A stretch of DNA of 64,000 bases from Escherichia coli (GCF_003334785.1 NZ_QOWV01000002.1), one strand, 5' to 3'; positions 49,697 to 63,434 are shown, numbered from the stretch's first letter. The notes: generated by a model from the sequence alone, not told the origin. Numbers and translations are program-made.

Positions 49697-50571
49697 TGGC
49701 GGAAGTTACCCAATTGAAGCGTTATGACGCGCGCCCGATTAACTGGGGCAAATGGTTTCTGATTGGCATCGGGATGCTGGTTTCGGCGTTCATCCTGCTG
49801 GTGCCGATGATTTACATCTTCGTGCAGGCATTCAGCAAGGGGCTGATGCCGGTTTTACAGAATCTGGCCGATCCGGACATGCTGCACGCCATCTGGCTGA
49901 CGGTGATGATCGCGCTGATTGCCGTACCGGTAAACCTGGTGTTCGGCATTCTGCTGGCCTGGCTGGTGACGCGCTTTAACTTCCCTGGACGCCAGTTACT
50001 GCTGACGCTACTGGACATTCCGTTTGCCGTATCGCCGGTGGTTGCCGGTCTGGTGTATTTGCTGTTCTACGGCTCTAACGGCCCGCTCGGCGGTTGGCTC
50101 GACGAGCATAACCTGCAAATTATGTTCTCCTGGCCGGGAATGGTGCTGGTCACCATCTTCGTGACGTGTCCGTTTGTGGTGCGCGAACTGGTGCCGGTGA
50201 TGTTAAGCCAGGGCAGCCAGGAAGACGAAGCGGCGATTTTGCTTGGCGCGTCCGGCTGGCAGATGTTCCGTCGCGTCACATTACCGAACATCCGCTGGGC
50301 GCTGCTTTATGGCGTGGTGTTGACCAACGCCCGCGCAATTGGCGAGTTTGGCGCGGTGTCGGTGGTTTCCGGCTCGATTCGCGGCGAAACCCTGTCGCTG
50401 CCGTTACAGATTGAATTGCTGGAGCAGGACTACAACACCGTCGGCTCCTTTACCGCTGCGGCGCTGTTAACGCTGATGGCGATTATCACCCTGTTTTTAA
50501 AAAGTATGTTGCAGTGGCGCCTGGAGAATCAGGAAAAACGCGCACAGCAGGAGGAACATCATGAGCATTGA
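49696..50571 (+). CDS. cysW: sulfate/thiosulfate ABC transporter permease CysW
   Basis: 291-aa [27 protein letters not shown]; start overlaps cysU stop (TAATG). Confidence 0.95.
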   Translation: MAEVTQLKRYDARPINWGKWFLIGIGMLVSAFILLVPMIYIFVQAFSKGLMPVLQNLADPDMLHAIWLTVMIALIAVPVNLVFGILLAWLVTRFNFPGRQLLLTLLDIPFAVSPVVAGLVYLLFYGSNGPLGGWLDEHNLQIMFSWPGMVLVTIFVTCPFVVRELVPVMLSQGSQEDEAAILLGASGWQMFRRVTLPNIRWALLYGVVLTNARAIGEFGAVSVVSGSIRGETLSLPLQIELLEQDYNTVGSFTAAALLTLMAIITLFLKSMLQWRLENQEKRAQQEEHHEH

Positions 50572-51658
50572 GATTGCCAATATTAAGAAGTCGTTTGGTC
50601 GCACCCAGGTGCTGAACGATATCTCACTGGATATTCCTTCAGGTCAGATGGTCGCGTTGCTGGGGCCGTCCGGTTCCGGGAAAACCACGCTGCTGCGCAT
50701 TATCGCCGGGCTGGAGCATCAAACCAGCGGGCATATTCGCTTCCACGGCACCGACGTGAGCCGCCTGCACGCACGTGATCGTAAAGTCGGTTTCGTGTTC
50801 CAGCATTACGCGCTGTTCCGCCATATGACGGTGTTCGACAATATCGCTTTTGGCCTGACGGTGCTGCCGCGTCGCGAGCGCCCGAATGCCGCAGCCATCA
50901 AAGCGAAAGTGACAAAATTGCTGGAAATGGTCCAGCTTGCCCATCTGGCGGATCGTTATCCGGCGCAGCTTTCCGGCGGCCAGAAACAGCGCGTGGCGCT
51001 GGCGCGCGCGCTGGCTGTGGAACCGCAAATTCTGCTGCTTGATGAACCGTTTGGCGCGCTGGATGCGCAGGTGCGTAAAGAGCTGCGTCGCTGGCTGCGT
51101 CAACTCCATGAAGAACTAAAATTCACCAGCGTTTTTGTGACCCACGATCAGGAAGAAGCGACCGAAGTAGCTGATCGTGTAGTTGTGATGAGCCAGGGCA
51201 ATATTGAACAGGCTGACGCGCCGGATCAGGTATGGCGCGAACCGGCGACCCGTTTTGTGCTCGAATTTATGGGCGAAGTGAACCGCCTGCAGGGAACCAT
51301 TCGCGGCGGGCAGTTCCATGTTGGCGCGCATCGCTGGCCGCTGGGCTACACACCTGCGTATCAGGGGCCGGTGGATCTCTTCCTGCGCCCTTGGGAAGTG
51401 GATATCAGCCGCCGTACCAGCCTCGATTCGCCGCTGCCGGTACAGGTACTGGAAGCCAGCCCGAAAGGTCACTACACCCAATTAGTGGTGCAGCCGCTGG
51501 GGTGGTACAACGAACCGCTGACGGTCGTGATGCATGGCGACGATGCCCCGCAGCGTGGCGAGCGTTTATTCGTTGGTCTGCAACATGCGCGGCTGTATAA
51601 CGGCGACGAGCGTATCGAAACCCGCGATGAGGAACTTGCTCTCGCACAAAGCGCCTGA
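50561..51658 (+). CDS. cysA: sulfate/thiosulfate ABC transporter ATP-binding protein CysA
   Basis: 365-aa ORF; Walker [13 protein letters not shown] signature LSGGQKQR; overlaps cysW by 11 nt. Confidence 0.95.
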   Translation: MSIEIANIKKSFGRTQVLNDISLDIPSGQMVALLGPSGSGKTTLLRIIAGLEHQTSGHIRFHGTDVSRLHARDRKVGFVFQHYALFRHMTVFDNIAFGLTVLPRRERPNAAAIKAKVTKLLEMVQLAHLADRYPAQLSGGQKQRVALARALAVEPQILLLDEPFGALDAQVRKELRRWLRQLHEELKFTSVFVTHDQEEATEVADRVVVMSQGNIEQADAPDQVWREPATRFVLEFMGEVNRLQGTIRGGQFHVGAHRWPLGYTPAYQGPVDLFLRPWEVDISRRTSLDSPLPVQVLEASPKGHYTQLVVQPLGWYNEPLTVVMHGDDAPQRGERLFVGLQHARLYNGDERIETRDEELALAQSA

Positions 51659-51679
51659 TAGGTTGAGTGAATGTTAAAC

Positions 51680-51712
51680 GCCCGGAGGCGCTTCCCGCGA
51701 TCCGGGCTTTTT
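51680..51712 (+). terminator. hairpin + T5 between cysA and cysM
   Basis: gcccgga-ggcgcttcccgcga-tccgggc-ttttt. Confidence 0.6.
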
Positions 51713-51729
51713 AATGGCAAGGTTTGTAA

Positions 51730-51769
51730 CCTGTAGACCTGATAAGACGCGCAAGCGTCGCATCAGGCA
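51730..51769. repeat. single REP between cysA and cysM
   Basis: cctgtagacctgataagacgcgcaagcgtcgcatcaggca. Confidence 0.7.
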
Positions 51770-51791
51770 ACACCACGTATGGATAGAGATC

Positions 51792-52703
51792 GTGAGTACA
51801 TTAGAACAAACAATAGGCAATACGCCTCTGGTGAAGTTGCAGCGAATGGGGCCGGATAACGGCAGTGAAGTGTGGTTAAAACTGGAAGGCAATAACCCGG
51901 CAGGTTCGGTGAAAGATCGTGCGGCACTTTCGATGATCGTCGAGGCGGAAAAGCGCGGGGAAATTAAACCGGGTGATGTCTTAATCGAAGCCACCAGTGG
52001 TAACACCGGCATTGCGCTGGCAATGATTGCCGCGCTGAAAGGCTATCGCATGAAATTGCTGATGCCCGACAACATGAGCCAGGAACGCCGTGCGGCGATG
52101 CGTGCTTATGGTGCGGAACTGATTCTTGTCACCAAAGAGCAGGGCATGGAAGGTGCGCGCGATCTGGCGCTGGAGATGGCGAATCGTGGCGAAGGAAAGC
52201 TGCTCGATCAGTTCAATAATCCCGATAACCCTTATGCGCATTACACCACCACTGGGCCGGAAATCTGGCAGCAAACCGGCGGGCGCATCACTCATTTTGT
52301 CTCCAGCATGGGGACGACCGGCACTATCACCGGCGTCTCACGCTTTATGCGCGAACAATCCAAACCGGTGACCATTGTCGGCCTGCAACCGGAAGAGGGC
52401 AGCAGCATTCCCGGCATTCGCCGCTGGCCTACGGAATATCTGCCGGGGATTTTCAACGCTTCTCTGGTGGATGAGGTGCTGGATATTCATCAGCGCGATG
52501 CGGAAAACACCATGCGCGAACTGGCGGTGCGGGAAGGAATATTCTGTGGCGTCAGCTCCGGCGGCGCGGTTGCCGGAGCACTGCGGGTGGCAAAAGCTAA
52601 CCCTGACGCGGTGGTGGTGGCGATCATCTGCGATCGTGGCGATCGCTACCTTTCTACCGGGGTGTTTGGGGAAGAGCATTTTAGCCAGGGGGCGGGGATT
52701 TAA
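51792..52703 (+). CDS. cysM: cysteine synthase B (O-acetylserine sulfhydrylase B)
   Basis: ORF 51714..52703 trimmed to GTG start giving (M)STLEQTIGNTPLVKLQRMGPDNG (303 aa); PLP-lysine motif SVKDRAA. Confidence 0.9.
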   Translation: MSTLEQTIGNTPLVKLQRMGPDNGSEVWLKLEGNNPAGSVKDRAALSMIVEAEKRGEIKPGDVLIEATSGNTGIALAMIAALKGYRMKLLMPDNMSQERRAAMRAYGAELILVTKEQGMEGARDLALEMANRGEGKLLDQFNNPDNPYAHYTTTGPEIWQQTGGRITHFVSSMGTTGTITGVSRFMREQSKPVTIVGLQPEEGSSIPGIRRWPTEYLPGIFNASLVDEVLDIHQRDAENTMRELAVREGIFCGVSSGGAVAGALRVAKANPDAVVVAIICDRGDRYLSTGVFGEEHFSQGAGI

Positions 52704-52734
52704 GGATTAATAGCATCGGAGACTGATGACAAAC

Positions 52735-52840
<106 letters not shown>

Positions 52841-52891
52841 ATAAACAAAGCGCACTTTTTTAACAGTTGTTGCTGCCGACAAATGCAGTAT

Positions 52892-53626
52892 TTAATTTTC
52901 GTGAGGAAACGCCGTAAGGTCATCAATCATTTTTTGAAGTATTGGTGAGTCCTGACCGTCACCCCATTGAAGAATTTTTGCGGTAAGCTGATGACGCGCT
53001 AGTGCATTGAGTCCCATCTTTTTAAGTTTATGGGAGATTTTACCCATGACTTTAATCTGACCGAATGCAGTTGCGTAGGTAATCATATTGCTCTGGATAG
53101 TGCTCATTTCATCGACTAGTAATTGCGCACGAACATCCTCTTCAAGAATACTGTCCATAGCGATGTATTTCATACCCCACATAGTTTCAATTAACATTTG
53201 AGGGAAATCAGCACAGTCCAGATCCGGCTCTTTACGGAGGCTATTTTCAAGAACGTTTAGAGCATCAGCACCTTCATCGCTGCCAAAAGGAGATTCTTCA
53301 TCCCAGCAACACATATAAAGTGGATCAGTAAAATGGCACTGGAAGTTTGGGTGTGACGTTTTAACATGTAACCCAATTTCTTCATCATCAAAATAGTAGC
53401 GATCCATGAAGTTAAACTTTGGATCTTCTTGATAGCCTTTCTTCATTTTTGCGGCAATCAATTTACTGGCTTCTTTCAGACACTGTTCTTCATTATCGAA
53501 CTCTTTTGTCTGGAATTTACCAATACTACCTACCTTGCCATAGTTGACAGCTAAACTATCCCCTTCGTAATCTATCCACCAAAATTTATTCGATTTTTCA
53601 TCGTGATAAATAAAGCGTTTTTTCAT
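52892..53626 (-). CDS. yfeS: WGR-domain protein of unknown function YfeS
   Basis: 244-aa ORF MKKRFIYHDEKSNKFWWIDYEGDSLAVNYGKVGSIGKFQTKEF (WGR-like N-terminus); visibly AT-rich relative to neighbours. Confidence 0.8.
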   Translation of the reverse strand: MKKRFIYHDEKSNKFWWIDYEGDSLAVNYGKVGSIGKFQTKEFDNEEQCLKEASKLIAAKMKKGYQEDPKFNFMDRYYFDDEEIGLHVKTSHPNFQCHFTDPLYMCCWDEESPFGSDEGADALNVLENSLRKEPDLDCADFPQMLIETMWGMKYIAMDSILEEDVRAQLLVDEMSTIQSNMITYATAFGQIKVMGKISHKLKKMGLNALARHQLTAKILQWGDGQDSPILQKMIDDLTAFPHEN

Positions 53627-53658
53627 GTTACCTCCTGTAAATGCCTTCCCAAAGCGGA

Positions 53659-54033
53659 TTAATTTCCTTCCGCAGGCACCGTTTTATCCGTCTGCGCAAT
53701 TAACGCATGTAAAAAAGGCTGTGCGTTCTCATCGCTCTTACCGGGGATCTTCACAATATACGGCTTCCCAGTAATCGATGACGACGAAGCAACCTTATCA
53801 ATAAACTGCTCGGCAGTGTCAATGCGGTTACGGGTATTGCCGAGCTTCAGACGCAGATGAGAAACCGCTTCATAGCAGGTATGTTCATCACCGTTGCGCA
53901 CAAATATCAAATCCTTTTTCTGTGCTAATCCCTCCAGCATGGCGTTGATGCGGGCTTCTTCATGGGCAGTTAACTTCGCGTAAACGGGGAGTGTCATTAG
54001 TAGTGTAATGACCAGACAAATGATTTTCTTCAT
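53659..54033 (-). CDS. yfeK: secreted protein of unknown function YfeK
   Basis: 124-aa ORF with signal peptide [19 protein letters not shown]. Confidence 0.8.
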
Positions 54034-54058
54034 TGAATTACCTTATCCTTGTTTTGTG

Positions 54059-54101
<43 letters not shown>

Positions 54102-54137
54102 TTACGATGAGGATCATCGGCAAGGAGAAAAAATTAA

Positions 54138-54989
54138 ATGAGTAGTTTGTTGTTGTTTAACGATAAGAGTAGGGCACTGCAGGCGGATATCGTCGCTGTG
54201 CAGTCGCAGGTGGTTTACGGCAGCGTGGGCAACAGCATTGCCGTGCCTGCTATCAAACAGAACGGCCTGAATGTCTTTGCCGTGCCGACGGTATTGCTGA
54301 GCAATACGCCGCATTATGACACTTTCTACGGTGGTGCGATTCCGGACGAATGGTTTAGCGGCTATTTGCGTGCGCTTCAGGAGCGTGATGCGCTGCGCCA
54401 ACTTCGTGCTGTAACCACGGGCTATATGGGAACGGCATCGCAAATCAAAATCCTTGCCGAGTGGCTGACTGCGCTACGCAAAGACCATCCTGACCTATTG
54501 ATCATGGTCGATCCGGTGATTGGCGATATTGATAGCGGAATTTATGTCAAACCTGACCTTCCCGAAGCGTATCGACAATATTTACTGCCGCTGGCGCAGG
54601 GAATTACCCCCAATATCTTTGAGTTGGAAATCCTGACCGGTAAAAATTGCCGCGATCTCGACAGTGCCATTGCTGCCGCAAAAAGTCTGCTTTCAGACAC
54701 ATTAAAATGGGTGGTGGTTACCAGCGCCTCCGGTAATGAAGAAAATCAGGAGATGCAGGTTGTGGTGGTCACTGCCGACAGCGTGAATGTCATTTCCCAT
54801 TCACGGGTAAAAACCGACCTGAAAGGGACTGGCGACCTGTTTTGTGCTCAGCTCATCAGTGGCTTGCTGAAAGGGAAGGCGTTAACCGATGCAGTGCACC
54901 GAGCGGGGTTGCGCGTACTGGAAGTGATGCGCTACACCCAGCAGCATGAGAGCGATGAATTGATTTTGCCGCCGCTGGCGGAAGCATAA
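54138..54989 (+). CDS. pdxK: pyridoxal/pyridoxine/pyridoxamine kinase
   Basis: 283-aa [36 protein letters not shown]. Confidence 0.95.
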   Translation: MSSLLLFNDKSRALQADIVAVQSQVVYGSVGNSIAVPAIKQNGLNVFAVPTVLLSNTPHYDTFYGGAIPDEWFSGYLRALQERDALRQLRAVTTGYMGTASQIKILAEWLTALRKDHPDLLIMVDPVIGDIDSGIYVKPDLPEAYRQYLLPLAQGITPNIFELEILTGKNCRDLDSAIAAAKSLLSDTLKWVVVTSASGNEENQEMQVVVVTADSVNVISHSRVKTDLKGTGDLFCAQLISGLLKGKALTDAVHRAGLRVLEVMRYTQQHESDELILPPLAEA

Positions 54990-55017
54990 AAAAATGGCGC
55001 CGATGGGCGCCATTTTT
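54990..55017. terminator. bidirectional intrinsic terminator between convergent pdxK and crr
   Basis: aaaaa-tggcgcc-gatg-ggcgcca-ttttt. Confidence 0.8.
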
Positions 55018-55031
55018 CACTGCGGCAAGAA

Positions 55032-55541
55032 TTACTTCTTGATGCGGATAACCGGGGTTTCACCCACGGTTACGCTACCGGACAGTTTGATCAGTTCTTT
55101 GATTTCGTCCATGTTGGAGATAACAACCGGAGTCAGGGTAGACTTGGCTTTCTCTTCCAGCAGCGGCAGATCAAATTCAATGACAGTATCGCCAACTTTC
55201 ACGCGCTGACCTTCTTCAGCAATACGCTTGAAGCCTTCGCCTTTCAGTTCAACGGTGTCGATACCGAAGTGGACGAACAGTTCAACGCCGCTATCAGATT
55301 CGATAGAGAATGCGTGGTTGGTTTCAAAGATTTTACCAATGGTGCCGTCTACTGGCGCGACCATTTTGTTACCCGTTGGTTTGATAGCAATACCATCACC
55401 AACGATTTTTTCCGCAAAAACGACATCCGGCACGTCTTCGATATTGACGATCTCGCCAGAGAGCGGAGCAATGATCTCAATAGTTCCGGTATCCTTCTTG
55501 TCGTCGGAAACCAGAGATTTCAGTTTATCGAACAAACCCAT
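55032..55541 (-). CDS. crr: PTS glucose-specific EIIA component (EIIA-Glc)
   Basis: 169-aa [42 protein letters not shown]. Confidence 0.97.
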
Positions 55542-55581
55542 GATCTTCTCCTAAGCAGTAAATTGGGCCGCATCTCGTGGA

Positions 55582-57309
55582 TTAGCAGATTGTTTTTTCT
55601 TCAATGAACTTGTTAACCAGCGTCATTAACTCGTCCGTTGTCGGTTGAGCAAGAGCCTGCTCTGCTAACACCTTCGCATCTTCGAAGTTCGTGTTACGGA
55701 TAATCTTCTTAATGCGCGGGATAGAAATGGCGCTCATAGAGAATTCGTCCAGACCCATCCCCAGCAACAGAAGTGTAGCACGTTCATCGCCAGCAAGCTC
55801 ACCACACATGCCAGTCCATTTGCCTTCAGCATGAGAAGCATCAATAACTTGCTTGATCAAGTTCAGCACGGACGGTGACATTGGCTGGTAAAGGTGTGAA
55901 ATCATATCATTACCACGGTCAACTGCCAGAGTGTACTGCGTTAAATCATTGGTGCCGATACTAAAGAAATCAACTTCTTTGGCTAAATGACGTGCAATTG
56001 TTGCGGCAGCCGGTGTTTCCACCATTACGCCGATTTCAATTGACTCGTCAAACGCTTTACCTTCGTCGCGCAGTTCCTGTTTGTAGATTTCGATCTCTTT
56101 GCGCAGTGCACGCACTTCTTCAACAGAGATGATCATCGGGAACATAATGCGCAATTTACCGAAAGCCGAGGCACGCAGGATAGCGCGGAGCTGATCGCGC
56201 AGGATCTCTCTACGATCCATCGCGATACGGATAGCGCGCCAGCCGAGGAACGGGTTCTCTTCTTTCGGGAAGTTCATGTATGGCAGCTCTTTGTCGCCGC
56301 CGATGTCCATGGTACGAACGATAACCGCTTGCGAGCCACACGCTTCAGCCACTGCTTTGTAAGCAGCAAACTGTTCTTCTTCAGTGGGCAGTGCGTCGCG
56401 GTCCATGAACAGGAACTCAGTACGATACAGACCAACGCCTTCAGCGCCGTTACGCTCTGCACCTTCAACGTCACGAACCGTACCAATGTTAGCGCATACT
56501 TCTACCTGGTGACCGTCCAGCGTAATAGCTGGCAGATCTTTCAGTTTAGCAAGCTCTGCTTTTTCAGAAGCCACTTGCTCCTGAACAGCGCGCATTTTAT
56601 CAATAACTTCGTTGGTTGGATTGACGTAAACCTGATTATTTACGGCATCCAGAATCAGATAGTCGTCATTTTTCACCTGAGAGGTGACGCTACCGGTACC
56701 CACGATAGCAGGTAGTTCCAGAGAACGCGCCATGATAGAGGTGTGGGAAGTACGGCCACCCGCGTCGGTGATGAAACCCAGCACCTTCTTCAGGTTCAGC
56801 TGTGCGGTTTCGGACGGCGTCAGGTCAGCGGCAACCAGAATGACTTCATCCTGAATGGCGCTCAGGTCGATAATCTTCAGGCCCAGGATGTTGCGCAGCA
56901 GGCGCTTACCGATATCACGTACGTCAGCCGCACGTTCTTTCAGGTATTCATCATCCAGCTCTTCCAGGGCAGAAGCCTGACCTTCGATAACTTCATGAGC
57001 AGCTGCGTCAGCTGTCATGTGCTTATCTTTAATCAGGGCTATGATTTCCTGCTCCAGCTCCTCATCTTCGAGCAGCATAATATGCCCTTCAAAGATGGCT
57101 TCTTTTTCTTCACCGAACGTTTCACCAGCTTTCGTTTTGATCGTTTCCAGCTGGGCTGATGCCTTGGCACGACCGCTCAGAAAACGTTCAACTTCCTGAT
57201 CAACCTGGTCGGCAGAAATTTTTTTCCGGTCAATGACAATTTCGTCTTCTTTCAGAAGCAGAGCTTTACCGAAAGCGATACCCGGGGATGCTAAAATGCC
57301 TGAAATCAT
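55582..57309 (-). CDS. ptsI: PTS enzyme I (PEP-protein phosphotransferase)
   Basis: 575-aa [33 protein letters not shown]. Confidence 0.97.
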   Translation of the reverse strand: MISGILASPGIAFGKALLLKEDEIVIDRKKISADQVDQEVERFLSGRAKASAQLETIKTKAGETFGEEKEAIFEGHIMLLEDEELEQEIIALIKDKHMTADAAAHEVIEGQASALEELDDEYLKERAADVRDIGKRLLRNILGLKIIDLSAIQDEVILVAADLTPSETAQLNLKKVLGFITDAGGRTSHTSIMARSLELPAIVGTGSVTSQVKNDDYLILDAVNNQVYVNPTNEVIDKMRAVQEQVASEKAELAKLKDLPAITLDGHQVEVCANIGTVRDVEGAERNGAEGVGLYRTEFLFMDRDALPTEEEQFAAYKAVAEACGSQAVIVRTMDIGGDKELPYMNFPKEENPFLGWRAIRIAMDRREILRDQLRAILRASAFGKLRIMFPMIISVEEVRALRKEIEIYKQELRDEGKAFDESIEIGVMVETPAAATIARHLAKEVDFFSIGTNDLTQYTLAVDRGNDMISHLYQPMSPSVLNLIKQVIDASHAEGKWTGMCGELAGDERATLLLLGMGLDEFSMSAISIPRIKKIIRNTNFEDAKVLAEQALAQPTTDELMTLVNKFIEEKTIC

Positions 57310-57353
57310 AACCCTACCTTACTTGTGACTGATTTTTAAAAGAACCCGGGAAA

Positions 57354-57611
57354 TTACTCGAGTTCCGCCATCAGTTTAACCAGATGTTCAACCGCTTTCT
57401 GCTCGTCTTCGCCTTCTGCGGAGATAGTCACAACGGTACCTTGAGTCAGGCCCAGAGTCTGCAGTTTAAACAGGCTTTTCGCGCTGGCGCTTTTGCCGTT
57501 GGAAGTCACAGTAATTTCAGAAGTGAAGCCCTTAGCTTCTTTTACAAACTGGGCAGCAGGGCGGGTGTGCAGACCGTTCGGAGCGGTAATGGTAACTTCT
57601 TGCTGGAACAT
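57354..57611 (-). CDS. ptsH: PTS phosphocarrier protein HPr
   Basis: 85-aa [32 protein letters not shown] (His15 region). Confidence 0.97.
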
Positions 57612-57943
57612 TGTATTTCCCCAACTTATAGGTTTAGTGTTGTGGAACTAAAGTCTAGCCTGGCGGTTCGACTTTAGCCTGTATTGTTAGCGCCAGTTTT
57701 TAACAGACGCGACGCACGAAGAGCGCAATACAGTCCATTGCTGGCGGGTGTTGACCGCTGACGTTTCGTACGTCATTAAACATTATGCCGCTAAAGGAAG
57801 AATTGAACCAAATCATAAAATCGATTCAGCTTTGGCTTTTCCTGTAACGATTAATTTCGCGCATCAAAATAATTAGTCTGGTTAAATACCAGTTCCGACA
57901 GGCTGAATCAATGCCAGGAGGGGCGAAAGTTTGAAGCAGGCCA
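57612..57943 (-). promoter_or_regulatory. ptsHI-crr promoter region
   Basis: 330-bp non-coding region upstream of ptsH; known multi-promoter region regulated by CRP and Mlc in K-12; sites not resolved. Confidence 0.45.
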
Positions 57944-57972
57944 CAAAAAAGCACCTAAAAAGGTGCTTTTTT
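57944..57972. terminator. intrinsic terminator downstream of cysK (hairpin flanked by A-run and T-run)
   Basis: aaaaaa-gcacct-aaaa-aggtgc-tttttt. Confidence 0.75.
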
Positions 57973-57994
57973 ACGCATTTTTAACAAGCTGGCA

Positions 57995-58966
57995 TTACTG
58001 TTGCAATTCTTTCTCAGTGAAGAGATCGGCAAACAATGCGGTGCTTAAATAACGCTCACCCGATGATGGTAGAATAACCACAATATTCTTGTTGGTAAAG
58101 CTTTCATCTTCTTGTAGTTTCAACGCCGCGGCAACAGCTGCTCCAGAAGAGATACCTGCAAGAATACCTTCTTCTTCCATCAGACGACGCGCGGTAGAAA
58201 TCGCTTCTTCATTGGTGATGCCAATGACTTTATCGACCAGCTTGAGATCGAGGTTAGCCGGGATAAAACCAGCGCCAATACCCTGAATTTTATGCGGGCC
58301 AGGTTTAATCTCTTCACCTGCCAGCGCCTGGGCGATAACTGGAGAATCGGTTGGCTCAACGGCGACAGAGATAAGATCGGTCTTGCCTTTGGTGCCTTTA
58401 ATGTAGCGGCTGACGCCAGTCAGCGTACCGCCAGTCCCAACGCCAGCAATAAATACATCAACCTGACCGTCGGTATCTTCCCATATCTCCGGACCGGTGG
58501 TCTTTTCGTGAATTTCAGGGTTTGCCGGATTGCTGAATTGTTGCAGCAGCAGGTATTTCTCTGGATTGCTGGCGACAATTTCTTCTGCTTTTTGGATTGC
58601 GCCTTTCATGCCTTTAGCACCTTCCGTCAGCACCAGGTTTGCACCTAACGCTTTCAGCAGCTTGCGGCGTTCAATACTCATGGTTTCTGGCATGGTCAGG
58701 GTGAGTTTGTAACCGCGAGCGGCAGCTACATAGGCCAGTGCAATCCCGGTATTACCGCTGGTCGGTTCAACCAGTTCAACGCCTGGTTTCAGCACGCCGC
58801 GCTTTTCGGCATCCCAAATCATGTTGGCACCGATACGGCACTTAACGCTGAAGCTGGGGTTACGAGATTCCACCTTCGCCAGAATGCGTCCGTTACCGAT
58901 GCGATTCAGGCGAACCAGCGGCGTGTGACCGATAGTCAGCGAGTTATCTTCAAAAATCTTACTCAT
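57995..58966 (-). CDS. cysK: cysteine synthase A (O-acetylserine sulfhydrylase A)
   Basis: 323-aa [47 protein letters not shown]. Confidence 0.97.
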   Translation of the reverse strand: MSKIFEDNSLTIGHTPLVRLNRIGNGRILAKVESRNPSFSVKCRIGANMIWDAEKRGVLKPGVELVEPTSGNTGIALAYVAAARGYKLTLTMPETMSIERRKLLKALGANLVLTEGAKGMKGAIQKAEEIVASNPEKYLLLQQFSNPANPEIHEKTTGPEIWEDTDGQVDVFIAGVGTGGTLTGVSRYIKGTKGKTDLISVAVEPTDSPVIAQALAGEEIKPGPHKIQGIGAGFIPANLDLKLVDKVIGITNEEAISTARRLMEEEGILAGISSGAAVAAALKLQEDESFTNKNIVVILPSSGERYLSTALFADLFTEKELQQ

Positions 58967-59150
58967 GGCCTGTCCTTAACTGTATGAAATTGGGATACAA
59001 CAGGTAGCATACCCGCTCAGAGAATATGCGGAAGTAAGGATTTAGCATATCTATATACAGAAGGGAAATAATGACATGCAAGATGGAATAAGGGGCGGCA
59101 TAAGCCACCCCTGTTTCACACAAACGGTTTACAAAATAACCGGTAGATTG
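58967..59150 (-). promoter_or_regulatory. cysK promoter region
   Basis: 184-bp gap between cysZ stop and cysK start, same strand. Confidence 0.4.
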
Positions 59151-59912
59151 TTACCGCCACATCGCGTGTTTATCGCGATAGCAATCGACCCACATCGCCG
59201 TCGCGCCACAAACGGCAACGGGCATGATGAACAGATTAAGCAGCGGGATCATCGTAAACAGGCTGGTTAAAGCACCAAACTGCATATTGGTGATTTTGCG
59301 TGTGCGCAGGGCGGTGCGCATCTCTTTAAACGGCACTTTGTGGTTATCGAAGGGGTAATCGCAATACTGGATGGCTAACATCCAGGCGCTAAACAGGAAC
59401 CACAGTACCGGCGCGACGGTTTGCCCAATACCAGGGATGAAGTAAAGAATTAGTAATACAATTGCGCGCGGCAGATACCAGGCAAATTTTTGCCATTCGC
59501 GTTTCATGATTCGCGGCACATCTTTCATGATACCGAAAATCCCGGTATCTGGCGGTGTAGCGCCAGTCAATCGTGCTTCCAGTTGTTCAGCCAATAAACC
59601 GTTAAACGGAGCGGCAATCCAGTTAGCAATCGTGGAGAAGAAATAGCCAAACACTAACAGCACAGAGATGACAGCCAGAGGCCACAACAGATAACTCAGC
59701 CATTGTAGCCAGTCCGGAACGTAACTCATGAGAGTCGGGATCCAGACATCGAGCTGTGTAAAGAGCCACCAGAATGCGCCCCCCATCAACAAAATATTGA
59801 CCAGCAGCGGTAAAATAACGAAACGCCGAATCCCAGGTTGCGAGACGAGCTTCCAGCCTTGCGCAAAATAGTAAAAACCGCTGCGTGGGGCAGATGTGAA
59901 TGATGAAACCAT
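59151..59912 (-). CDS. cysZ: sulfate transporter CysZ
   Basis: 253-aa polytopic [34 protein letters not shown]. Confidence 0.9.
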
Positions 59913-60141
59913 AATCAGGATGAGCTCCTTTTGACCAATCCCAGGAAAATTCTGCGTATTTTACCGGGTAATTGCGCAATGGACAGTTAGGATATGTTCG
60001 AAAAAACAGCAAAAAGCACGATTTCATCTATCTTTGTGCTGTGAAAGTTAATAGTGCACTTGCACTTGAGGTAATCGGCAAATACTCTTAGTGAGTAAAT
60101 GTTTGCCGTGGTGGCAAGGTGTTAGAACAACAGAGAATATA

Positions 60142-61128
60142 ATGATGCAGGATTTGCGTCTGATATTAATCATTGTTGGCGCGATCGCCATAATCGCTTT
60201 ACTGGTACATGGTTTCTGGACCAGCCGTAAAGAACGATCTTCTATGTTCCGCGATCGGCCATTAAAACGAATGAAGTCAAAACGTGACGACGATTCTTAT
60301 GACGAGGATGTCGAAGATGATGAGGGCGTTGGTGAGGTTCGTGTTCACCGCGTGAATCATGCCCCGGCTAACGCTCAGGAGCATGAGGCTGCTCGTCCGT
60401 CGCCGCAACACCAGTACCAACCGCCTTATGCGTCTGCGCAGCCGCGTCAACCGGTCCAGCAGCCGCCTGAAGCGCAGGTACCGCCGCAACATGCTCCGCA
60501 TCCAGCGCAGCCGGTGCAGCAGCCTGCCTATCAGCCGCAGCCTGAACAGCCGTTGCAGCAGCCAGTTTCGCCACAGGTCGCGCCAGCGCCGCAGCCTGTG
60601 CATTCAGCACCGCAACCGGCACAACAGGCTTTCCAGCCTGCAGAACCCGTAGCGGCACCACAGCCTGAGCCTGTAGCGGAACCTGCTCCAGTTATGGATA
60701 AACCGAAGCGCAAAGAAGCGGTGATTATCATGAACGTCGCGGCGCATCACGGTAGCGAGCTAAACGGTGAACTGCTTCTTAACAGCATTCAACAAGCGGG
60801 CTTCATTTTTGGCGATATGAATATTTACCATCGTCATCTTAGCCCGGATGGCAGCGGCCCGGCGTTATTCAGCCTGGCGAATATGGTGAAACCGGGAACC
60901 TTTGATCCTGAAATGAAGGATTTCACTACTCCGGGTGTCACTATCTTTATGCAGGTACCGTCTTACGGTGACGAGCTGCAGAACTTCAAGCTGATGCTGC
61001 AATCTGCGCAGCATATTGCCGATGAAGTGGGCGGTGTCGTGCTTGACGATCAGCGCCGTATGATGACTCCGCAGAAATTGCGCGAGTACCAGGACATCAT
61101 CCGCGAAGTCAAAGACGCCAACGCCTGA
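60142..61128 (+). CDS. zipA: cell division protein ZipA (FtsZ membrane anchor)
   Basis: ORF 60091..61128 trimmed to [26 protein letters not shown] (328 aa); N-terminal TM, long P/Q-rich linker, C-terminal FtsZ-binding domain. Confidence 0.95.
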
Positions 61129-61156
61129 TACACTTAAGGCAAATTAACTCCTCTTC

Positions 61157-61181
61157 GAACCCCCGCTTGTCGGGGGTTTTT
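61157..61181 (+). terminator. intrinsic terminator downstream of zipA
   Basis: aa-cccccg-cttgt-cggggg-ttttt. Confidence 0.75.
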
Positions 61182-61189
61182 AGCATTGA

Positions 61190-63214
<2,025 letters not shown>

Positions 63215-63215
63215 G

Positions 63216-63434
63216 ATGGAAAAAGAGCAGCTGATTGAAATAGCCAATACGATAATGCCGTTTGGCAAATACAAAGGGCGTCGCTTAATCGACCTGCCGG
63301 AGGAGTATCTGCTGTGGTTTGCCCGCAAAGATGAGTTCCCGGCAGGGAAGCTCGGTGAGCTAATGCAAATCACGCTGCTGATTAAAACCGAGGGGCTGAC
63401 GCAACTGGTCCAGCCCCTGAAGCGTCCGCTTTAA
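63216..63434 (+). CDS. ypeB: small protein YpeB (DUF3820)
   Basis: ORF 63123..63434 trimmed to MEKEQLIEIANTIMPFGKYKGRRLIDLPEEYLLWFARKDEFPAGKLGEL (72 aa); ATG 1 nt after ligA stop. Confidence 0.8.
   Translation: MEKEQLIEIANTIMPFGKYKGRRLIDLPEEYLLWFARKDEFPAGKLGELMQITLLIKTEGLTQLVQPLKRPL

Noticed and set aside
60277-60731. Several 66-108-aa ORFs on both strands within the zipA linker
   Set aside because: Artefacts of the repetitive P/Q codon tract; Arg/Leu- or Ala-rich low-complexity translations.
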